DNA of 64,000 bases. It comes from Candidatus Micrarchaeia archaeon. GTDB lineage: Archaea > Micrarchaeota > Micrarchaeia > Anstonellales > Anstonellaceae. Location: the NCBI GenBank assembly GCA_041665945.1, contig JBAYHU010000001.1, forward strand, positions 31,863 to 95,862, in the 5' to 3' direction. The notes under the pieces are model-generated. The model saw only the letters and a program-made list of their open reading frames with translations, was not told where the DNA came from and did not search any database. Of the stretch, positions 58,669-64,000 are shown piece after piece. The number at the start of each line of letters is the position of its first letter. The first letter of the stretch is position 1. Made by a program: the position numbers and the translations under genes.

Positions 58669-59874
58669 TTACTTGAGTATGCCGAAGCCCGACAGGCGCC
58701 ATCTCTGCCCGAGGCGGCGAGTCATTGCCACCTTGCTCTTTTTCTCGGCGCAAATCGGGCGCTTGAGCTTGATTGAGACGACCGTGCCCTTGAGTTTCAC
58801 GATTGCGCCGACGGATGTCGCCGTGCCTGCGGAAACCACTATGGGCTCGCCCATGCGAAGCGCGGGGTTGTCGAATCCCTCGCGCGTGAGAAGCTTGTAG
58901 TCCAAGTCGATGTCCGAGAGGACAGGGGGAAGCGTGCCTTTCTTGCCGATAAGATTGCCGGTAAGGTGGTCAGACTTCGTGACCGACGGGTCGAGCTTCG
59001 TGCCGATTCCGATGAGCCCGCCGGGCTTCGCCTCGTCCGAGGGCGTGTTGCCCGCCATGAGCGCCTCTACTTTCAGGACAACCGGCTCGATTGTCTCCTT
59101 GTCCTTTGTCTTTTTCGTGATGCCGGGGAGCATTTCTATTTCGTCCCCGACCTTGAGCGTGCCTTGTATGAGCGAGCCGCCGATTACGCCGCCCTTGAGC
59201 TTGGATATGTCCGAGCCGGGCTTGTTCACGTCGAAGCTGCGGGCTACGTACATCCTTGCCGGAAGCGTGGCGTCGCGCTTTGGAGTGGGAATCGCCTTTT
59301 CAATCGCTTCGACCAATGTGTCGATGTTCGCGTTGTAATTGGCTGAAATGGGAATTATGGGCGCTTTTTCTGCCGTGGAGCCTTTGAGGAATTTCTTTAT
59401 CTGGTTGTAATTCTCAATCGCCTTTTCCTTTGTGACAAGGTCGATTTTGTTCTGCACGACCACGACGTTTTTTATTCCGAGGATGTCGAGGACCTGCAGG
59501 TGCTCCTCGGTCTGCGGCTGCGGGCATTCCTCGTTCGCCGCAATCACCAGAAGCGCGCCGTCAAGTATGGATGAGGCTGAGATGGTAGTCGTCATCAGGG
59601 TTTCGTGCCCCGGGGCGTCGAGGAACGAGACGTGGCGGGAAACCTCCCACTTGTCCTTGTCCTTCGCACCTACGGTTTCCACCGCGTAGCCGCTTCCGTC
59701 CTTTGCCTTATAAAAAGTCGTGTCAGCGTAGCCTATCTTGATTGTGATTCCGCGCTTGAGCTCTTCCGAGTGGGTGTCGGTCCATTTGCCGGTTATTGCC
59801 TTGGTAAGGGACGTCTTCCCGTGGTCGACGTGCCCGACCATTCCTATGTTGACTTCTGCCTGCAAATGTTTCAC
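58669..59874 (-). CDS. eif2g: Translation initiation factor aIF2 gamma subunit.
   Basis: GHVDHGKTS, DAPGH and NKID G-motifs plus the zinc knuckle region. Confidence 0.85.
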   Translation of the reverse strand: MKHLQAEVNIGMVGHVDHGKTSLTKAITGKWTDTHSEELKRGITIKIGYADTTFYKAKDGSGYAVETVGAKDKDKWEVSRHVSFLDAPGHETLMTTTISASSILDGALLVIAANEECPQPQTEEHLQVLDILGIKNVVVVQNKIDLVTKEKAIENYNQIKKFLKGSTAEKAPIIPISANYNANIDTLVEAIEKAIPTPKRDATLPARMYVARSFDVNKPGSDISKLKGGVIGGSLIQGTLKVGDEIEMLPGITKKTKDKETIEPVVLKVEALMAGNTPSDEAKPGGLIGIGTKLDPSVTKSDHLTGNLIGKKGTLPPVLSDIDLDYKLLTREGFDNPALRMGEPIVVSAGTATSVGAIVKLKGTVVSIKLKRPICAEKKSKVAMTRRLGQRWRLSGFGILK

Positions 59875-59891
59875 CGTCGTTTAGAATGTGC

Positions 59892-60296
59892 TTACTTCTT
59901 CTTTTCGTCCTTCTTCTCGCCCGCAGCCTTGGGGAAAAGCTCGTCAAGCGGCTTTGCGCCGGCTGTTGCGACTTTCGCGTTCACCTGCACGATTTGGTCG
60001 GAGATGATGTTGCCGCGGACTATGCGCGCCTCGCGCCTTCCCTTCGCCGTCTTGCGGTAGCCCGTGCCGTCCGTGAGGACGACTTTTGCCCTGCGCGGGC
60101 CGGTAACGTCGCGGCGCATGGGGAATCCCGAGAGGTCGCTGCCGCCGGTAATCTGAAGCTCGTAGCCTTCAGCCCCGATGGCGCCGCCCTCGATTTTCTC
60201 GCCGAGCTTCTTACCGATGAGCTGGGACTCCTTGTCCTTTGGCAACTCAAGCCCAAAGCTTTTGCCGGTTTTGGTATCTGATATGACGATTTTCAT
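59892..60296 (-). CDS. rps6e: Ribosomal protein S6e.
   Basis: MKIVISDTKTGKSF...GFPMRRDV. Start taken at the second Met. Confidence 0.8.
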   Translation of the reverse strand: MKIVISDTKTGKSFGLELPKDKESQLIGKKLGEKIEGGAIGAEGYELQITGGSDLSGFPMRRDVTGPRRAKVVLTDGTGYRKTAKGRREARIVRGNIISDQIVQVNAKVATAGAKPLDELFPKAAGEKKDEKKK

Positions 60297-60443
60297 TTGA
60301 TCACTCTCTTTGGAGAAGAACACGTCTTCGAGTGAGGGTTATTCGTCCATTCTGTTAAAAAAGCTTTCGAGAGGCACCAGAAGGGCAGGCGCCCTCGATG
60401 CAGGGGATAAGGATATAAATAGTGTGTTATATAATAGTAAATA

Positions 60444-61298
60444 GTGGTATATATGATGATGGTTGAGCCCAACGGAAATAGGGAAAAGCGCCAGCCAGGC
60501 GCATTCAAATCCGCATTCCGCGCCTTCTCGCCAAAGAGTGAAACCCGCCTTGCGGGGCTGGATGGGCTTTCATCGAAATTCAGCCAGTGGGAAAAATACC
60601 TGCAGGACAGGTACGGGCTTTCCGAAGGGAAGGAGGGCATGCTTTCGGCAACTGCCAGAAGGACGCTCAACATAGCGGCGGCAAAAGCTGAATTCGCGGA
60701 AGGGAAGATTCGTCTGGCAATGGGGCGCAAATCCGAGAAATCGAATGATTATGTCAAGGCGACCGAAGAGTACAGCTTGGCACATTCGCACTTTTCCAAG
60801 GCAGGAGACCTGCGCATCGACGCTGGTTTGGAGAGGGAAATCGAACACGGGATGGCATCGTATTCGCTGACAAGGCACATGATGTCTGGAAAGCTGCTCG
60901 GAATCGGCGACATTGTGGAAATACTCAAGACCACGCCGGATGGCGCGGTGCGGTTCGTGAGCGACGCCGTGGCGGAATTGGCGGCAGATTACGCGACACA
61001 GTCTCTTGAAAGCTTCCTTTACGCGGAAAAAATCGGGCGCAAAATCACGGGGCTTCCGGTTGCGGAAGCAGGGCTTGAGGCAGGGCGCCTGTATGAGCAT
61101 CTGGAGGAAAAGGAGAAGGCTTCCGAAATTTACATGAAAACCGGCGACTGGTGCGCAAGGGAAGAGAAATACAGCGACGCAGCCAGCGCGTACAAGAAGG
61201 CGGCGGCAATAAATCCGCTGATGGCGAAAAATTATCTGGAACTCGCAAAGCAGATGGAAGCCCTGTCGCGCGTGGCGGGAAGAATCAAAAGCGTCTAA
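60444..61298 (+). CDS. Hypothetical protein.
   Basis: ORF only; helical repeat-like. Confidence 0.3.
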   Translation: MVYMMMVEPNGNREKRQPGAFKSAFRAFSPKSETRLAGLDGLSSKFSQWEKYLQDRYGLSEGKEGMLSATARRTLNIAAAKAEFAEGKIRLAMGRKSEKSNDYVKATEEYSLAHSHFSKAGDLRIDAGLEREIEHGMASYSLTRHMMSGKLLGIGDIVEILKTTPDGAVRFVSDAVAELAADYATQSLESFLYAEKIGRKITGLPVAEAGLEAGRLYEHLEEKEKASEIYMKTGDWCAREEKYSDAASAYKKAAAINPLMAKNYLELAKQMEALSRVAGRIKSV

Positions 61299-62311
61299 AG
61301 TTTTTTCCAGCCCTTCTTCGTGCAGACGACCATTTCCTCGTAGCGCACGCCATAGTCCTTGAAGTAGGCGGCTGGCTCGATTGCAAGCACAGTGCCGACG
61401 CCGAGATAATCTTCGGACATTCTTCCGAGATGGGGGTATTCGTGGACTTCCAAGCCGATGCCGTGCCCGATTGAGTGTATCAAGGCAGGCAGCCCGCGCT
61501 GCTTGAAAAGCATTGCAGAAAGAAGCGCAATGTCCTTGCCCTGCTTGCACTCAGGCAGCCCTTCGAGTATTTCCGCGAAAATTTCCTGGCATTTGTCGTA
61601 CGTTTCAAGTTCCCTGCCTTGTTTCCTGAAGTAGCAGCGCGTGAAGTCCGAGCAATAGCCCTTGTAGCGCACGCCGAAATCCACAAGCACGCTGTCCCCG
61701 AGAGTTTTGCCAGTTGCGTTGTGGTGCGGGAAAGAAGTGTTCTTCCCAGTCGCCACAATGGGCTCGAATGAAATGTCCGCCCCTGCCTCAAGCGCCATTA
61801 TTTTCAGGCGAGAAAGAAGCTCAAGTTCTGTTTTGCACTCCCACGGGTCAAGCGTGTTGAGTATTTCCCTCGCGATTTCCGCGGACTGCGAAAGCATGAA
61901 GATTTCGTTTTGGCTTTTTGCGCCCCTTGCCCTGAATGCGGAACTGTCCGCCTCGACGAGATTGAGTTTCGCTTTTTTCCGAAGCGCGAGGAAGCGGGAG
62001 GCGGATGCCTCGCCCAGCACGAAGCCGACTTTCCCCTTGCCGCACGCGCGGCGGATGTCGCCTGCCCTGTCCTTGCCAAGAAGCTGCACAGGGTAGCGTG
62101 AGACAGATTTTGCAGCGCCGAAATTCATTTCGTGCGTGAGCAGCCGCCCGCCGCTTGGCTTGAGGAGAAGGTAGCTTGAGTCCACGTTGCAGCCGGAGAA
62201 ATATCGGAAAGACGGGTTGGGATTGCCGGCGTCATCCCCGCTGTAAAGCAGCGCCGCCCTGAATGGCGCGCCTGCGAAGAATTTTTTGCGGCGCGCGGAA
62301 AGCTCATCCAT
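61295..62311 (-). CDS. M24-family Xaa-Pro aminopeptidase/dipeptidase.
   Basis: HSIGHGIGLEVHE pita-bread metal-binding motif. Confidence 0.75.
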   Translation of the reverse strand: MDELSARRKKFFAGAPFRAALLYSGDDAGNPNPSFRYFSGCNVDSSYLLLKPSGGRLLTHEMNFGAAKSVSRYPVQLLGKDRAGDIRRACGKGKVGFVLGEASASRFLALRKKAKLNLVEADSSAFRARGAKSQNEIFMLSQSAEIAREILNTLDPWECKTELELLSRLKIMALEAGADISFEPIVATGKNTSFPHHNATGKTLGDSVLVDFGVRYKGYCSDFTRCYFRKQGRELETYDKCQEIFAEILEGLPECKQGKDIALLSAMLFKQRGLPALIHSIGHGIGLEVHEYPHLGRMSEDYLGVGTVLAIEPAAYFKDYGVRYEEMVVCTKKGWKKL

Positions 62312-62346
62312 GCAAAGACATCCTATCCGGAATTTTTAACCCTTCC

Positions 62347-63561
62347 TCAGTCAAGCGGGAGGCAGGCAAGCGCCGTGTCGAATTTTTTGAGGAGAGCCAA
62401 TGCAACAAGGGATTGCTTTTTCGAGAGGGGAAGCCTGTTGCAGGCGAAAACAAACTTTTCGATTGCTGCAACCGCCTTAGGGGCGTTGAGGTCGGAATCC
62501 ATCGCCAGCAGGAAATCCTTTTCTGCGCGGGCAAGGAGTTTTTCGAATCGTGGGCTTCCGTTTCCGTCCGCCTTCTTGAGCAGCAATATCCCTTTTGCGA
62601 GCTTCGAGTATCTTTCCTTCATCTTCTTGGCATACGCCCATGTGAAATCCAGCATGCGCCTGTAGTGCACGGAGAGAAGTATGAAGCGGGTGAGCGCTGG
62701 AGAGTAGCCCCTGCGTTCCATGTCCGGAAGAAGGACGACGTTGCCCTTGCGCTTGCTCATCTTTTTCCCGTTTATTATCAGGTGGCGGATGTGCATCCAG
62801 TATTTCGAGTACTCCTTTCCTGAAAGCGCGCCCGCGATTGCGCGCGTGTTCTCGTGGTGGTTGAACAGGTTGTCGTAGCCGCCCATGGCGATGTCTATTT
62901 GCCCGCCGAGCGCGTTTGTCGACATTGCCGCGCACTGGATATTCCACGGGGGCTGCGCAGTGCCGGACTCTGATTCGCAGCAGCGGCATCCGCGCATTTT
63001 TTCGCCCGGCTGCCAGATGAGGAAGTCGCCTGCTTTCCGCGGCTTGTATTCCTCCCAAGTAACTTTGCCTTTCGCGCCCGAGAGCTTCTTTCCGGCGAGT
63101 TTCCCGTAAGAGGGGAATTTGGAGATGTCGAAGAAAACCCTGCCAGACTCATCGGGGTATGCCGCCTTTTTCGCCAGCAACCGCTTGACGACGGATGCCA
63201 TCTCCTTTGCATGCATGCTTACGTGCGGGTATTTTTCCGCGGGAATCGCGCGTAGCTTGTCGAGGTCCTGCCTGAAGAACCGCTCGTTTTCCGAAGTCAT
63301 CTTTTCGCGCGGGACGCCGGTTTTTTTCACCGCGCGGATAATTGTGTTGTCAAAGTCCGTTACGTTCATGACATGGCGCACGCGGTAGCCCTTGGAGAGG
63401 AGATAGCGCTTGAGCGTATCCTCCCAAATATAGGTGCGGTAGTTGCCGAGGTGCGGGCGGGAATACACGGTCGGTCCGCAGGTGTAGAGTTTTACTTCCT
63501 TTGCCGCGAGGGGCGAAAAGGTTTCCACTCGCTTGTTGAGGCTGTTGTAGATTTTCAGCAT
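62347..63561 (-). CDS. cysS: Cysteinyl-tRNA synthetase.
   Basis: HLGN (HIGH-type) and KMSKR motifs. Confidence 0.85.
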   Translation of the reverse strand: MLKIYNSLNKRVETFSPLAAKEVKLYTCGPTVYSRPHLGNYRTYIWEDTLKRYLLSKGYRVRHVMNVTDFDNTIIRAVKKTGVPREKMTSENERFFRQDLDKLRAIPAEKYPHVSMHAKEMASVVKRLLAKKAAYPDESGRVFFDISKFPSYGKLAGKKLSGAKGKVTWEEYKPRKAGDFLIWQPGEKMRGCRCCESESGTAQPPWNIQCAAMSTNALGGQIDIAMGGYDNLFNHHENTRAIAGALSGKEYSKYWMHIRHLIINGKKMSKRKGNVVLLPDMERRGYSPALTRFILLSVHYRRMLDFTWAYAKKMKERYSKLAKGILLLKKADGNGSPRFEKLLARAEKDFLLAMDSDLNAPKAVAAIEKFVFACNRLPLSKKQSLVALALLKKFDTALACLPLD

Positions 63562-63571
63562 GGAATTGCCT

Positions 63572-64000
63572 TCAGACCTGCATCTTTTCGAAGCTCTTTG
63601 TCCCGATGATTATGAAAACGATTGTGGAGAGGATAAGCGCGGCGATATCCGCCAGAAGCCCGAAAGAGGTGCTGCCGAGTATTATGTAGCGCATCAAATC
63701 CACGCCGTAAGTCAGGGGGTTGAGCTGGATGAGGAAGCCGAGGTAAGCAGGGATGTTGTCAATCGGGAAAAGCGCGCCTGAGAGCATGAACATGGGCCAC
63801 ATGACAAAGCTCATGACGAGGTTGAAGCCCTCCGGGCTTTTCATGTTCGCGCCGATTATCAGCCCGAGCGAAGTGATGCAGATTGCAATCAGAAGCGCGC
63901 CTGCCAAAGCGAGCATGGCTGTTGAGGCGCTTGGCACCATGCCAAGCAATAGCCCGATGAGAAGCAGCGCCCCTGCCTGTATGAGAACGTCGGTTGCGCC
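63572..64000 (-). CDS. ABC-2 type transporter permease, C-terminal part. The N-terminus probably lies beyond the window end.
   Basis: Hydrophobic C-terminal half of an ABC-2 permease. Confidence 0.45.
   Translation of the reverse strand, partial: GATDVLIQAGALLLIGLLLGMVPSASTAMLALAGALLIAICITSLGLIIGANMKSPEGFNLVMSFVMWPMFMLSGALFPIDNIPAYLGFLIQLNPLTYGVDLMRYIILGSTSFGLLADIAALILSTIVFIIIGTKSFEKMQV

Noticed and set aside
1-64000. CRISPR arrays, rRNA genes, and large mobile elements (transposase or integrase).
   Set aside because: No regularly spaced repeats, no rRNA-like conserved stretches and no transposase or integrase ORFs were found. The only mobility signatures are the short direct repeats reported above.

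Overview
The window reads as an archaeal chromosomal segment, about 55-60% GC by eye with three clearly AT-richer islets. Archaeal identity rests on fibrillarin, Dph2, aIF2-gamma, ribosomal proteins L15e and S6e, RNase P Pop5/Rpp30, an archaeal-type UMP kinase, a short XPF nuclease, and two intron-containing tRNAs: tRNA-Arg(CCU) with a ~100-nt intron and tRNA-Lys(UUU) with a 43-nt intron. Housekeeping content includes secF-secD, PEP synthase, SMC, class II (B12) ribonucleotide reductase, pdxS/pdxT, proC, Lrp-glnA and cysS. There is a near-complete aromatic amino-acid cluster (trpB2, DAHP synthase, aroB, a frameshifted aroD, fused aroE-aroK, fused aroA-aroC, pheA, tyrA, aminotransferase). The most unusual items are: (1) three tandem paralogous polytopic membrane proteins of unknown family directly upstream of secFD; (2) a protein carrying a bacterial T9SS-type C-terminal sorting domain, flanked by ~22-bp direct repeats that duplicate the 3' end of the neighbouring gene, i.e. 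an apparently inserted cassette; (3) a P-loop kinase fused to dCMP deaminase; (4) a bacterial NrdR-box-like palindrome upstream of nrdJ; (5) two small Cys-containing ORFs sharing an identical 20-nt 3' end on either side of proC; and (6) low-GC islets carrying a Doc toxin, a small-protein/wHTH module and a membrane protein. No CRISPR array or rRNA gene was seen.
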